DNA of 64,000 bases from assembly GCA_045612665.1 (NCBI GenBank), contig JAZKZO010000037.1, forward strand, positions 31,051-95,050. Direction: 5' to 3'. The notes beneath the pieces were generated by a model. It saw only the letters and a program-made list of their open reading frames with translations, was not told the DNA's origin and did no database searches. The stretch comes from Eubacteriales bacterium. Its GTDB lineage: Bacteria > Bacillota > Clostridia > Oscillospirales > CAG-272. Below, in pieces: positions 19,512 through 29,553 of the stretch. Every line of letters starts with the position of its first letter. Within the stretch, counting starts at the first letter, position 1. A program made the translations under genes and the position numbers.

Positions 19512-20036
19512 TTATTTTGCCGATAATTTATTGATTTTTTGATTTGGAATTTTGCGTAGCAAAAATTTCTTTAAGTCCTCGACTGTGCCTTCGGTAATCT
19601 CCGATTTTGTTACAATAAGTGCGCTGTTTTTGTTGAGAAATAAGTAAATGGTAGATTTCGATTCATCTATTCTTGTAAAGGCTGAATACGGAATCTCGTT
19701 TTCGCTTTTGCGTGCTTTTGTTTGCGATTTGAGCTTTATCACGTTTTCCTCAAAAGAGAAGAGATTTTTGATAATGTTGTCATCACTAAAGCTTTGTAGC
19801 TTCATCTTTGGCTTTATAAAATATGAATAAACAATTACAAGCTCAATGGCTATTACAATTAAAAGCCAAATTATAGCAAATGGAAGAAAATCCTTTTTAA
19901 GATTAACAATTACAATCGCAATAGCAAAGGCGAGCAGAGCGCCGTGAATAAACCATTTCCAAAACCTGTCAACTACTGCGAATTTCATAAACGCAAGCAA
20001 CGCATTTTTATCGTAATTAACGTCCGCTTTTATCAT
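19512..20036 (-). CDS. Hypothetical membrane protein (YcxB-like)
   Basis: 174 aa with two central hydrophobic helices and a soluble C-terminal domain. The family assignment is tentative. Confidence 0.5.
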   Translation of the reverse strand: MIKADVNYDKNALLAFMKFAVVDRFWKWFIHGALLAFAIAIVIVNLKKDFLPFAIIWLLIVIAIELVIVYSYFIKPKMKLQSFSDDNIIKNLFSFEENVIKLKSQTKARKSENEIPYSAFTRIDESKSTIYLFLNKNSALIVTKSEITEGTVEDLKKFLLRKIPNQKINKLSAK

Positions 20037-20045
20037 AGTGTCTCC

Positions 20046-20582
20046 TTATTTGTTGCTTACAAAGGCTTCTATATAAGCCTGCTTGCATTTCTTTATAGTG
20101 TCTATTGCTTCCTCGTGTCCACAAATTTTTTCTACGTATGTTGTTTTGTTTTCAAGGTATTTATAAACCTCAAAAAAGTGCTTAATTTCGTGGAATTGAT
20201 GCTGTGGCAAATCGTTGATATCCTTATATGTGTTCAAAAAAGGGTCGTTTAAAGGAATAGCAACAATTTTTTGGTCAACCTCGTTTTCATCAATCATATT
20301 TATCATTCCGATAGGATAGCATTCAACAGTTGACATGGGCTCAAGTCCCTCTTGACACAAAACAAGAACGTCAAGTGGGTCCCCGTCCTCGGAAAGAGTG
20401 CGAGGAATAAAACCGTAATTTGCCGGATAGTGTGTTGATGTATAAAGAATTCTATCAAGGCGCAAAAGACCGCTTTCCTTGTCAAGCTCATATTTATTCT
20501 TGCTTCCCTTGGTTATTTCAATAACGGAAACAAAATTTTCCGCACTTATGCGTTCGTCTCTAAAATCATGCCATGGATTCAT
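20046..20582 (-). CDS. ppa: Inorganic pyrophosphatase, family I
   Basis: Soluble PPase motifs (VIEITKGSKNKYELD, DGDPLDVLVL). Start ATG 20582 (MNPWHD) follows a GAGG RBS. Confidence 0.85.
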   Translation of the reverse strand: MNPWHDFRDERISAENFVSVIEITKGSKNKYELDKESGLLRLDRILYTSTHYPANYGFIPRTLSEDGDPLDVLVLCQEGLEPMSTVECYPIGMINMIDENEVDQKIVAIPLNDPFLNTYKDINDLPQHQFHEIKHFFEVYKYLENKTTYVEKICGHEEAIDTIKKCKQAYIEAFVSNK

Positions 20583-20615
20583 ATGCCATACCTCGTATTT
20601 CAATGAATATCTTAT

Positions 20616-20644
20616 ATTATATACCTTTATTATCTCCGTGTCAA
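20616..20644 (-). promoter_or_regulatory. Consensus sigma-A promoter of ppa
   Basis: On the minus strand: TTGACA, 17 nt, TATAAT. Confidence 0.6.
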
Positions 20645-20684
20645 GAAAAATAATTCAAGGCATTAAAATAACGCAATAAATGCT

Positions 20685-20711
20685 AAAATCCCCACACTGT
20701 GTGGGGATTTT
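20685..20711 (-). terminator. Terminator after sigF (palindromic, could act in both directions)
   Basis: ATCCCCACA / TGTGGGGAT stem flanked by A and T runs. It abuts the sigF stop codon. Confidence 0.7.
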
Positions 20712-21429
20712 ATGATAATTCCTTTCGTAAAGCATCGAAAATTTTCTTTTCCTCGCGCGAAATTTTAACCTGTGTTAACCCTAAAAGCTCGGCAGTCTTT
20801 TGTTGAGAATATTCCTTTAAATATCTCATGGTTATAATACTTCGCCAAAGAGGCGGAAGCTTTGAAATAGCTTGCGATAGAGCTATATGGTCGATTTTTT
20901 CGTCTATCTCATTTCGTCCCGCGGAAAGAGTACTTTCCAAGGTAAAGCTATCATCATCGCCGTTTAGTGATGCGGAAAGAGAATTGACAGGAGAGGACGC
21001 ATCAAGCGCCATAACAGCATCTGCAACGTTCATATCGCAAAGCCTCGCCAAATCCTCGATTTTTGGCTCATATCCATGCTCGAAAACGTATTTTTCGCGT
21101 TCTCTCATAAGCATAGCTCCCTGTTGCTTGTAAATTCTACTGACCTTTATAAGACCGTCATCACGAATAAACCTTCGTATCTCTCCGATTATAAGAGGCA
21201 CGGCATAGGTTGAAAGGACTGTCCCTCGGCTGGTATCAAAGCTTCGTATCGCCTTTAACATACCAATGCATCCGATTTGAACAAGATCCTCGTACTCGAC
21301 GCCCCTGTCCTTGAAGCGCAGAGCAATGCTACGCACAAGTCCCATGTTAGCTTCCATTAAATCGCTTGTAGCCTTTTCGTCGCCACTAATAGACCTTTCT
21401 AAAAGCTCTTGGTTTTGAGTATAATTCAT
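20710..21429 (-). CDS. sigF: Sporulation sigma factor F
   Basis: Sigma-70 family regions 2-4. Third gene of a spoIIAA-spoIIAB-sigF arrangement. Confidence 0.85.
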   Translation of the reverse strand: MNYTQNQELLERSISGDEKATSDLMEANMGLVRSIALRFKDRGVEYEDLVQIGCIGMLKAIRSFDTSRGTVLSTYAVPLIIGEIRRFIRDDGLIKVSRIYKQQGAMLMREREKYVFEHGYEPKIEDLARLCDMNVADAVMALDASSPVNSLSASLNGDDDSFTLESTLSAGRNEIDEKIDHIALSQAISKLPPLWRSIITMRYLKEYSQQKTAELLGLTQVKISREEKKIFDALRKELS

Positions 21430-21430
21430 A

Positions 21431-21859
21431 TTATTTGAGATGCTTAGTCATAAGAATGCGAACACCCTCACCAAGTCTTGAGCGTACACTAAGCTTGTCC
21501 ATAAAGCTTTGCATAACTGCGAATCCCATACCACTGCGCTCGCCACTTGTATCGGTTGTAAAAAGCGGAGTCATCGCTTGATTTACATTTTCAATACCGC
21601 ATCCCTTGTCAGTTACCTCAATTATCACCGTCCTGTCGGAATAATATTTGACTCCTATGTAAATTATCCCTTGCGCATATTTGTATCCGTGTACAATAGA
21701 ATTGGTTACTGCCTCGGATACTGCGCATTTTATGTCGGATAGCTCGTCCAAGGTTGGATTTAATCCTGCAACGAATGAGGCAACGGCATTTCTTGAAAGC
21801 CCCTCGTTTATTGATAGGGCAGGGATGAATAGCTTCATATAATTTTCAACACGCCTCAT
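21431..21859 (-). CDS. spoIIAB: Anti-sigma F factor (serine kinase)
   Basis: HATPase-type motifs (AVSEAVTNSIVHGY, DKGCGI, ERSGMGF). Start ATG 21859 (MRRVENY) follows a GGAG RBS and overlaps the spoIIAA end. Confidence 0.85.
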   Translation of the reverse strand: MRRVENYMKLFIPALSINEGLSRNAVASFVAGLNPTLDELSDIKCAVSEAVTNSIVHGYKYAQGIIYIGVKYYSDRTVIIEVTDKGCGIENVNQAMTPLFTTDTSGERSGMGFAVMQSFMDKLSVRSRLGEGVRILMTKHLK

Positions 21860-22193
21860 TTTTGTCATCTCCTTCAATCTCGATTATTCTTTCAATTCCG
21901 GCTAAGGTAAGTATTTTTTTAATTCGTCGGCTCGGATTTGTTAAAACAAGCCTTCCGCCAATATCCTTTACCAGTGCATATCTGCCTAAAATAAGTCCAA
22001 GCCCTGATGAATCCATAAAATCAACGCTCCCAAGGTCTAAATAAACGCATAAAGGCATAAAAGAATTGATTCTTTTATCAATTTCCTCGCGAATTTTTTT
22101 GACGCTGTGATGATCAATATCACCGTTTATTTTTATATTTAAAGTGTCCGATTGTGATTGCACCTCTAATCTTGCATTTGTCAAGTCTGTCAC
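21846..22193 (-). CDS. spoIIAA: Anti-anti-sigma F factor (STAS domain)
   Basis: STAS domain with the phosphorylatable Ser context DFMDSSGLG. The true start may be TTG 22184, which has better spacing from AAGGAG. Confidence 0.8.
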   Translation of the reverse strand: MTDLTNARLEVQSQSDTLNIKINGDIDHHSVKKIREEIDKRINSFMPLCVYLDLGSVDFMDSSGLGLILGRYALVKDIGGRLVLTNPSRRIKKILTLAGIERIIEIEGDDKNEAC

Positions 22194-22350
22194 ACTCCTT
22201 TTTTGTTATTGTAATACTTGAACTGCGAAAAAATCGTCGAAAACAGTCGCCAAAAAAGTATTTTTGGTTTACAAAATTTGATAAATATTGACATCGCAGT
22301 TCACTTATGATATCATATATATGATATAAATTCATTTTGGATGGTATTTT

Positions 22351-23199
22351 ATGAACAGCATTTTGCAGTTAAATAAGACCGTGCTTGATATAGGTCTAAC
22401 AAAAGAATATAAATTTTTTCAAATTAGCGACGCTCATATTTCTTATGTTGACGAAAATAGCTCCGAGACCGATATTGCCGATAGCAAAAGATCTCGTGAG
22501 GGATGGGCAAAAATAAAGGTTGATTTTGCTACTCAGTTTGGTGAGCTTTGTGATGAAAGATATGATAGAGCGCCCGAGGAGCTTTTTGAGCTTTTGGCAC
22601 AACACGCAATTGATATAGGTGCTGATGCTCTCATTTTATCGGGAGATATAATGGATAGAGTAACCGAGAGTAATTTAAGGTATCTTGAAAATTACTTTGC
22701 GAAATATCCGTTGCCAATAATTTATTGCCCCGGAAATCACGATTCAATGGACGAATACGGCGCTCACAGGCAAATGTACGATAGAATCGGAAGAATTGTT
22801 AAAAATCCCGAGTACGATTCCTATGATTTTGGCGAATTCAAAATCGTTACAATTGATAACGGCACAAAGGAGCTAACCGACTATCAGCTTGAAGCCTTTA
22901 AAAAGGAGCTTTCGGGTGATAAAAAAATATTGCTTGTAATACACGCGCCAATTCGCCTAGGAGAGTTTGGTGAGGTTATGGGCAAAAAGATAAGTAGGTA
23001 TTTTCTCGTTGGCTCAGAGGGTGATTGCGAAAGTGCGCATGCTTTTGTAAAGCTCATAGAGCAAAATGATGATAAGCTTATAGCTGTTTTAGCAGGACAC
23101 ATTCACACCTCTGTTGAGTATCAGGTAACAGACAAATTAAAGCAAATTACAACATCCAGTGCCCTTATAGGCTATGGAAGAGAAATAATTATTAAATAG
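22351..23199 (+). CDS. Metallophosphoesterase (calcineurin-like)
   Basis: Contains the motifs SDAHI, LSGDIMD, GNHD and GHIH. Confidence 0.7.
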   Translation: MNSILQLNKTVLDIGLTKEYKFFQISDAHISYVDENSSETDIADSKRSREGWAKIKVDFATQFGELCDERYDRAPEELFELLAQHAIDIGADALILSGDIMDRVTESNLRYLENYFAKYPLPIIYCPGNHDSMDEYGAHRQMYDRIGRIVKNPEYDSYDFGEFKIVTIDNGTKELTDYQLEAFKKELSGDKKILLVIHAPIRLGEFGEVMGKKISRYFLVGSEGDCESAHAFVKLIEQNDDKLIAVLAGHIHTSVEYQVTDKLKQITTSSALIGYGREIIIK

Positions 23200-23209
23200 G
23201 AGATTTATT

Positions 23210-24919
23210 ATGTATCTTATTCCGGAAGTAAAATCTACTAAGGTAGGACAAAGAAAAGAATTAAAGGGATGCACTTTTTCATTCCCTCAGGATATTGATA
23301 AAAGAATTATTAGCCTTTGCGACAAGGTGCCTCAAGGCGATACCGTTGTAGAGTTTGATATAGGAAACGGTACGGGCGAGGAATATAAAATAACCTTTTC
23401 CGATAAAATAGTCATTAAGGCGTCATCTGCAAAGGGCGCGTTTTACGCTGTTCAAACACTTCGTCAAATCGTTAAAAACGGATATTATGACGTTGAGGAA
23501 ATCGAGGATGCACCTGATTTTGAAAATAGAGGCTTCTATTACGATATAACAAGAGGTAGAGTGGCAACTCTTGACACCTTGAAAAAGCTCGTTGATAATA
23601 TGGCTTACTATAAGCTCAATATGCTTCAGCTTTACGTGGAGCATACCTTCCCATTCAAGGAGTATGACGGAATATATCAAAAAATGGGATATATGACAGC
23701 CGAGGAAACCATAGAGCTTGATAAATACTGTCAAGAAAACTTTATAGAGCTTGTACCGTCGCTTTCTTGCTTTGGACACCTTTATGAATTGCTTCAAAAT
23801 ACCAAATATAGATATCTTTGCGAGCTTGAAAATTATGAGCAAAGAACTATTTATTGGTGCGAGAGAATGGGACATCATACAATTGATGCATCAAATCCCG
23901 AAAGTATAGAGATAATAAAGAGCTTGATCGACCAATATTCACCTCTTTTCACAAGTAAAAAGTTCAATATTTGCTGTGATGAAACCTTTGACCTTTGTAA
24001 CGGTAGAAACAAGGGCAAGGATAAGGGTAGAATGTATGTAGATTTCGTTAAAAAGGTAATCGCTCATGTAAAATCAAAGGGCAAGACCGCTATGATGTGG
24101 GGCGACGTTATCACAAGGCATCCCGAGCTTATTGAGGAATTCGACGAGGACGTTATCTTTATGAGCTGGGGCTACAGTCCTAACGAATCCCCTAATATGG
24201 TTTATAAGTTTAGAGATGCAAAGAGAACACAGTATGTATGCCCTGGAATTAGCAACTGGACCAGTCTTATCGAGGCTCCTCACAACTCTGTGCCAAATAT
24301 TACAAAGATGGCGCAATATGGTTATGAGTCGGGCGCAACCGGTGTTTTGAATACCTGTTGGGGCGACTATGGACAAATTTCTCCTATGAATGCTTGTATG
24401 TACGGTATGATTTTCGGTGCTGCAAAGAGCTGGAGAGTAACCTCTGATCACCCTGATTTTGATAAGAGTATAGATTTGCTTCACTACGGATACGACGGCG
24501 CTGCATCCTTTGTAAAGGGACTTGCATTGGCTCAAAGATCGTGCTACTGGTATCATTTGCTCGTTAAATATTCAAACGAAAAATTTGGAAATGATGCTAT
24601 GAAAATATGGCACGTGCCATCTCCTGATGAACTTAACAAGGCATTTGAAGAGATTGAGGCAATAATTCCGTATCTTATGGGAACAACATGGGAAAACGAG
24701 GATGCAAGAAAATCGCTTCTCGTTGTTGCCGAGGGTATTAGCTTGATGACCGCTATGGTAATGTCAGATATAACAGGCGAAAGACTTGGCGTTAACCTTT
24801 CAGACGTTGAAAGATGGCTTGTAAGCTATAAGGAAGAGTATCTTAAGGAAAGCAAAATGGGCGAGCTTAAGGAATTCATCGTTGTCTTCTATGAAATCGC
24901 ACAAAAATATTTGAAATAA
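23210..24919 (+). CDS. Glycoside hydrolase family 20-like (beta-N-acetylhexosaminidase type), cytoplasmic
   Basis: FENRGFYYDITRG...MLQLYVEHTF TIM-barrel start and a D-E catalytic pair in NICCDETF. No signal peptide. Confidence 0.75.
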   Translation: MYLIPEVKSTKVGQRKELKGCTFSFPQDIDKRIISLCDKVPQGDTVVEFDIGNGTGEEYKITFSDKIVIKASSAKGAFYAVQTLRQIVKNGYYDVEEIEDAPDFENRGFYYDITRGRVATLDTLKKLVDNMAYYKLNMLQLYVEHTFPFKEYDGIYQKMGYMTAEETIELDKYCQENFIELVPSLSCFGHLYELLQNTKYRYLCELENYEQRTIYWCERMGHHTIDASNPESIEIIKSLIDQYSPLFTSKKFNICCDETFDLCNGRNKGKDKGRMYVDFVKKVIAHVKSKGKTAMMWGDVITRHPELIEEFDEDVIFMSWGYSPNESPNMVYKFRDAKRTQYVCPGISNWTSLIEAPHNSVPNITKMAQYGYESGATGVLNTCWGDYGQISPMNACMYGMIFGAAKSWRVTSDHPDFDKSIDLLHYGYDGAASFVKGLALAQRSCYWYHLLVKYSNEKFGNDAMKIWHVPSPDELNKAFEEIEAIIPYLMGTTWENEDARKSLLVVAEGISLMTAMVMSDITGERLGVNLSDVERWLVSYKEEYLKESKMGELKEFIVVFYEIAQKYLK

Positions 24920-24929
24920 GTAGGTAATC

Positions 24930-25844
24930 ATGGAATTAAAGTATAAAAGCGTAAAGGATGTGCTAATCAGCATTTTCGTCGGCTTTTCAATAGGCCTTTC
25001 GGTTATCGTTCCGGGAATTAGTGGCTCGGCAATAGCTATGATTATGAAGGTTTATGATAAGCTAATGTATGCCTTTTCTAATATATTTAAAAAATTCAAG
25101 GCTTGTGTCTTATTTTTAATTCCAATCATAGTTGGAATTGTGGTTGGATTTGGGCTTGGAGTTATTCTTGTCAAAATTCTACTCGAAGCGTTTCCTTTTA
25201 TTACGATTTGCTTCTTTGTAGGACTTATGATAGGCACTTATCCTATATTGTTTAAGGAAATCAAGGGAGAAGCGCTCAAGGTAAACAAGGCTTTGCTTTT
25301 TGTGGCAGGTGTTATAATCCCGTTAATTTTTAGTGCAGTATCTCTTCTTTCGGGAGCTGATAATAGCCTCGCAAACCTTAATTTCTTGCACTATTTGTTA
25401 TTCTTTGTTATAGGAATTCTAATTTCCTTGACACAGCTTATCCCGGGACTTAGCGCAACCGTTCTTTTGATGATTTTTGGTTATTATTCTGCGCTTATGG
25501 AGAATATAGGCTTTGAATTGCTTGGAAATTTTGAGCTTTTGCTCGTTTACGTTGCGTTGTTTGTCGGATTTGTAGTTGGAGTTCTTTTGTTCTCAAAAAT
25601 CATAAATAAACTCCTTGAAACACAAAGGAAGCCGTTCTTTTTCGTGATTTGCGGACTTTCCGTTGGTTCGGTCGTATCCGTATTTTTGGGAAGCGATTGT
25701 ATGGAAATTTATAAGTCTTGGACAACAAAGGCAATGATAACCGATATGCTCATCGGACTTGCATTTTTGCTCCTTGGCTTCGCCGGCTCATTCTCGCTTT
25801 ATTTGCTTGACAAAAAGAGAGAAGCGACTTCTGAAAATTTATAA
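24930..25844 (+). CDS. DUF368 family membrane protein (polyprenyl-phosphate transporter family, PopT-like)
   Basis: Polytopic membrane protein with the duplicated DUF368 motif (VPGISGSAIAM and IPGLSATVLLM). Confidence 0.75.
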   Translation: MELKYKSVKDVLISIFVGFSIGLSVIVPGISGSAIAMIMKVYDKLMYAFSNIFKKFKACVLFLIPIIVGIVVGFGLGVILVKILLEAFPFITICFFVGLMIGTYPILFKEIKGEALKVNKALLFVAGVIIPLIFSAVSLLSGADNSLANLNFLHYLLFFVIGILISLTQLIPGLSATVLLMIFGYYSALMENIGFELLGNFELLLVYVALFVGFVVGVLLFSKIINKLLETQRKPFFFVICGLSVGSVVSVFLGSDCMEIYKSWTTKAMITDMLIGLAFLLLGFAGSFSLYLLDKKREATSENL

Positions 25845-25864
25845 TAAAAATTTTCAAAATACTA

Positions 25865-25893
25865 TTGCAAAAGCGAAACATATGTGTTATACT
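25865..25893 (+). promoter_or_regulatory. Sigma-A promoter of the metK leader
   Basis: TTGCAA, 17 nt, TATACT. Confidence 0.65.
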
Positions 25894-25910
25894 GTGTTCG
25901 TTAAAAATAA

Positions 25911-25998
25911 ATCTTATCAAGAGTAGCGGAGGGACAGGCCCGATGAAGCTACGGCAACCTATCTTTTGACAAGGTGCCAATTCCGTGAGATGAGAACT
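25911..25998 (+). promoter_or_regulatory. SAM riboswitch aptamer (SAM-I clan; no P4 helix at the canonical position)
   Basis: CUUAUCAAGAG-UAGCGGAGGGACAGGCCCGAUGAAGCUAC-GGCAACC...AGGUGCCAAUUCC-GU-GAGAUGAG matches the SAM-I core (P1, K-turn P2, P3, J3/4). It lies upstream of metK. Confidence 0.85.
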
Positions 25999-26009
25999 TG
26001 CAATTTTCA

Positions 26010-26036
26010 ATCCACGGGAAACCGTGGATTTTTATT
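26010..26036 (+). terminator. SAM riboswitch terminator
   Basis: UCCACGG-GAAA-CCGUGGA followed by UUUUUAUUU. The aptamer segment CCGUG can alternatively pair with CACGG to form an antiterminator. Confidence 0.8.
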
Positions 26037-26051
26037 TGTATGGAGGACACT

Positions 26052-27224
26052 ATGAAGAAATTTTTTACATCTGAATCAGTAACAGAAGGACATCCCGACA
26101 AAATTTGCGACCAAATTTCGGATGCAATACTTGACGAAATGCTTCGCCAAGACCCTATGTCAAGAGTAGCCTGCGAAACCTGCTGTACAACAGGTATGGT
26201 TATGGTAATGGGCGAAATCACATCAAAGGCAGTAGTTGATTTTCAGGAGATCGTTCGTAGAACAGTAAGAGAAATCGGCTATGATAGAGCAAAATACGGC
26301 TTTGATGCCGATACCTGTGCGGTTTTGAGCTCAATTCACGAGCAATCAGCAGATATTGCTCTTGGTGTTGATAACTCTGCCGAGGCAAAGAGCGGAGAAA
26401 ACGAGGCTGAAAATGGTGCTGGCGACCAAGGACTTATGTTCGGTTATGCTTGTAATGAAACGAAGGAGCTTATGCCACTTCCTATCTCCTTGGCACATAA
26501 GCTTGCAAAGCAGCTTACAGCAGTAAGAAAGAGCGGAGAGCTTTCATATCTTCGCCCTGACGGAAAGACACAGGTAACAGTAGAATACGACGACGGTAAG
26601 CCTGTTAGAATTGACGCTATCGTTGTTTCCTCACAGCATAGCCCTGACGTTTCTCTTGAAAACATAAGAAAAGATATCATTGCAAAGGTAATTATGCCTA
26701 TAATTCCTTCGAATATGATTGATGACAATACAAAGATATTCGTAAACCCAACAGGACGCTTTGTTATCGGTGGTCCTAACGGAGATGCAGGTCTTACAGG
26801 TAGAAAGATTATCGTTGATACCTACGGTGGATATTCTCGCCACGGTGGCGGTGCTTTCTCGGGAAAGGACCCAACAAAGGTTGATAGAAGTGCTTCATAT
26901 GCCGCAAGATACGTGGCAAAGAACATCGTTGCATCAGGCGTTGCTGATAAGTGTGAGGTTCAAATAGCTTATGCTATCGGTGTAGCAAAGCCTGTATCCG
27001 TATTGGTTGATACTTTTGGCACAGCAAAGGTTGACGAGGAGAAGATTGCAGAATTTGTAAACAACAATGTTGACTTGAGACCAAGTGCGATTATTGAAAA
27101 ATTCCAGCTTCGCCGTCCTATCTACCGTCAAATCGCCGCATACGGCCATATCGGTAGAGAAGATCTCGATATTCCATGGGAAAAAACCGATCTTGCAGAC
27201 AAGATTAAAAAAGAGCTTTTATAA
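26052..27224 (+). CDS. metK: S-adenosylmethionine synthetase
   Basis: [20 protein letters not shown] and [16 protein letters not shown] motifs. ATG 26052 follows a GGAGGA RBS. Confidence 0.95.
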   Translation: MKKFFTSESVTEGHPDKICDQISDAILDEMLRQDPMSRVACETCCTTGMVMVMGEITSKAVVDFQEIVRRTVREIGYDRAKYGFDADTCAVLSSIHEQSADIALGVDNSAEAKSGENEAENGAGDQGLMFGYACNETKELMPLPISLAHKLAKQLTAVRKSGELSYLRPDGKTQVTVEYDDGKPVRIDAIVVSSQHSPDVSLENIRKDIIAKVIMPIIPSNMIDDNTKIFVNPTGRFVIGGPNGDAGLTGRKIIVDTYGGYSRHGGGAFSGKDPTKVDRSASYAARYVAKNIVASGVADKCEVQIAYAIGVAKPVSVLVDTFGTAKVDEEKIAEFVNNNVDLRPSAIIEKFQLRRPIYRQIAAYGHIGREDLDIPWEKTDLADKIKKELL

Positions 27225-27226
27225 AA

Positions 27227-27257
27227 TAAAAACCGCAATTTAAAATTGCGGTTTTTT
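27227..27257 (+). terminator. Terminator after metK
   Basis: AACCGCAATT/AATTGCGGTT stem followed by a T-run. Confidence 0.8.
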
Positions 27258-27259
27258 AC

Positions 27260-27288
27260 TTGAAATGAGAGCCCTTATATGGTAAAAT
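27260..27288 (+). promoter_or_regulatory. Promoter of recD2-comFC
   Basis: TTGAAA, 17 nt, TAAAAT, with a TG at the extended -10 position. Confidence 0.5.
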
Positions 27289-27318
27289 ATTTTTATACTG
27301 TAAAAGGAGGTGTTGCTA

Positions 27319-29553
27319 ATGGAAATTATAAATGACGCTCAAATGCTTTGCATTCGCGGAAGAGTCGAAAATATTATGTATAAAAGCGACGATGAAAGCT
27401 ATGCTGTATGCGATATAGAAGATGAAAATAAAGAGCTTTTTACTGCCACAGGCAACATTCCTTACGTTTCCGTTGGAGAAAGTGTCGAGCTTTATGGAAA
27501 ATGGACATCTCATCCAACCTACGGCAAGCAATTTACTGTATCAAGAACCGTAAGAACACTTCCTACGTCAAAAAATGATATTTTGAGGTATCTTTCCTCA
27601 GGGGCTGTCAAGGGGATAGGACCTAAAATCGCCCAAAAAATCGTTGAACAATACGGAGACGATACCTTTGAGGTGATATCAAAGCACCCCGATTGGTTAT
27701 CCCAAATTAAAGGAATTTCCGCGATAAAAGCGCGTGAAATCAGTCAAGATTTCAACGAAAAATCCGGTATTAGAGATATTATAATGTATTGTAGCGATAA
27801 ATTTCCACCGGCAACCGCAACTAAAATCTATAAAATTTGGGGCACTGACGGTGTTGGAATTTTACAGCAAAATCCATATATCATATGCGAGAGAATAGAG
27901 GGTGTGGCGTTTAAGTGGGCTGACGATATCGCTTTCGCACACGGCTTTGCTCCCGACAATGAAAATAGAATAAAATGTGCCATAATTCAGGTGCTTAAAG
28001 TGTTCGCTTCAAGAGATGGACATACCTACGTTACAAGAAGCACGCTTGTTGATGCAACGTCTAAATTTATAGAGGTTGAAGGCGAAAAAATCGAACCCTG
28101 TGTCGATGATTTGGCGTTTGAAAACAAAATAAAAATCGTTCCTTATAAGGATGAAATGCACATTTATATAAAGGAAAACTATCAATGCGAGGAATATATA
28201 TCTAAAAAGCTCTTGCTTTTGAGAAATAGCGCATTTGGTATTGATTATTTAAATGCGCTTTCCTTTATTGGCCTAATAGAAAAGCAAAATGGTATCAAAT
28301 ATGCTAAAATGCAAAAAAAGGCTATTGAATCCGTTTTGATGAATGGCGTTACCGTCATTACAGGTGGACCAGGAACAGGAAAAACCACCATTGTAAAGGC
28401 ATTGATTCAAATCTTTTCTCAAATTGGATTAAAAAGCGCGCTTTGCGCTCCAACAGGAAGGGCATCTCAAAGGCTTGCTGAGGCAACCTCTCACGAGGCG
28501 TTTACGGTTCATAAGCTACTCGGCGCAGGACCCGATATGATGCATTGGGGCGAAACTGTTTTCGAAAGAAACGAAAAGCATCTTTTGGATCATGATGTTA
28601 TAATAGTTGATGAAAGCTCTATGATGGACGCTTATATAACTGATGCGCTTTTGAGAGCCATAAAGCCCGGTGCAAGGCTCGTTCTTTTAGGCGACGTTAA
28701 TCAGCTTCCGTCCGTAGGTGCAGGCAATATTTTAGATGACGTAATCCGCTCAGAATCCTTTCCGGTTGTTAGATTGAACGAGATTTTTAGACAAGCCGAG
28801 CAAAGCGGAATTGTTATGAATGCTCACGAGATAAATAACGGAAAAATCCCTGATTTAAGCAAAAAATACGATGACTTTTTCTTCATTGAGATAAAAAACG
28901 AGGCACAAATCCCCGAATATATATCGCGACTTTGCAACACAAGATTACCTAAAACCTACGGAATTCATCCAACTAGGGATATACAGGTGATAACACCGAC
29001 TAAAAAAGGTCCTAACGGCACCAAAAGCCTTAACGTTACCCTTCAAAACGGTCTTAATCCAAAGGCTAACGGTAAAGAAGAAAGACTTGTTGGCTTTACT
29101 AGGCTTTTCAGAGTTGGCGATAAAATTATGCAAAATAAAAACGATTATACTTATGAATGGATAAGAGATTCGTGCACGGGCGTCGGAGTTTTCAACGGAG
29201 ATGTTGGAATAATACAGGAGATCCAAAACGAAGACCATTACTTTGTTGCCGATTTTGACGGGCGCATAACGCAATTGCCCGATACGGCGTTCGATGACGT
29301 AGAGCTTGCATATGCAATAACCGTTCATAAAAGTCAAGGAAGCGAGTATCCGTTTGTTATAATTCCTATGACCAAAAGCGCGCCACTCCTTTTGACAAGA
29401 AATCTATTGTATACGGCGATAACCAGAGCACAGAGAATGGTAATTTTGCTAGGAGATAAAAGTACCTTTGCCCAAATGGTGGAAAATGATAGGCAGGTTG
29501 TAAGAAATACAGGTCTTTACAAAATGCTGAGGAGTAACGATGATAAAGCTTAA
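27319..29553 (+). CDS. recD2: RecD2-like SF1 DNA helicase (RecD/TraA family)
   Basis: Walker A GGPGTGKTT, a DESSM motif and the C-terminal YAITVHKSQGSE motif. ATG 27319 follows an AAGGAGG RBS. Confidence 0.85.
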   Translation: MEIINDAQMLCIRGRVENIMYKSDDESYAVCDIEDENKELFTATGNIPYVSVGESVELYGKWTSHPTYGKQFTVSRTVRTLPTSKNDILRYLSSGAVKGIGPKIAQKIVEQYGDDTFEVISKHPDWLSQIKGISAIKAREISQDFNEKSGIRDIIMYCSDKFPPATATKIYKIWGTDGVGILQQNPYIICERIEGVAFKWADDIAFAHGFAPDNENRIKCAIIQVLKVFASRDGHTYVTRSTLVDATSKFIEVEGEKIEPCVDDLAFENKIKIVPYKDEMHIYIKENYQCEEYISKKLLLLRNSAFGIDYLNALSFIGLIEKQNGIKYAKMQKKAIESVLMNGVTVITGGPGTGKTTIVKALIQIFSQIGLKSALCAPTGRASQRLAEATSHEAFTVHKLLGAGPDMMHWGETVFERNEKHLLDHDVIIVDESSMMDAYITDALLRAIKPGARLVLLGDVNQLPSVGAGNILDDVIRSESFPVVRLNEIFRQAEQSGIVMNAHEINNGKIPDLSKKYDDFFFIEIKNEAQIPEYISRLCNTRLPKTYGIHPTRDIQVITPTKKGPNGTKSLNVTLQNGLNPKANGKEERLVGFTRLFRVGDKIMQNKNDYTYEWIRDSCTGVGVFNGDVGIIQEIQNEDHYFVADFDGRITQLPDTAFDDVELAYAITVHKSQGSEYPFVIIPMTKSAPLLLTRNLLYTAITRAQRMVILLGDKSTFAQMVENDRQVVRNTGLYKMLRSNDDKA

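Noticed and set aside
22235-22241. A Spo0A-box-like heptamer (CGTCGAA versus consensus TGNCGAA) upstream of spoIIAA, together with a search for a sigma-H type promoter.
   Set aside because: It is a single imperfect match, and I could not identify convincing sigma-H -35/-10 elements by eye.
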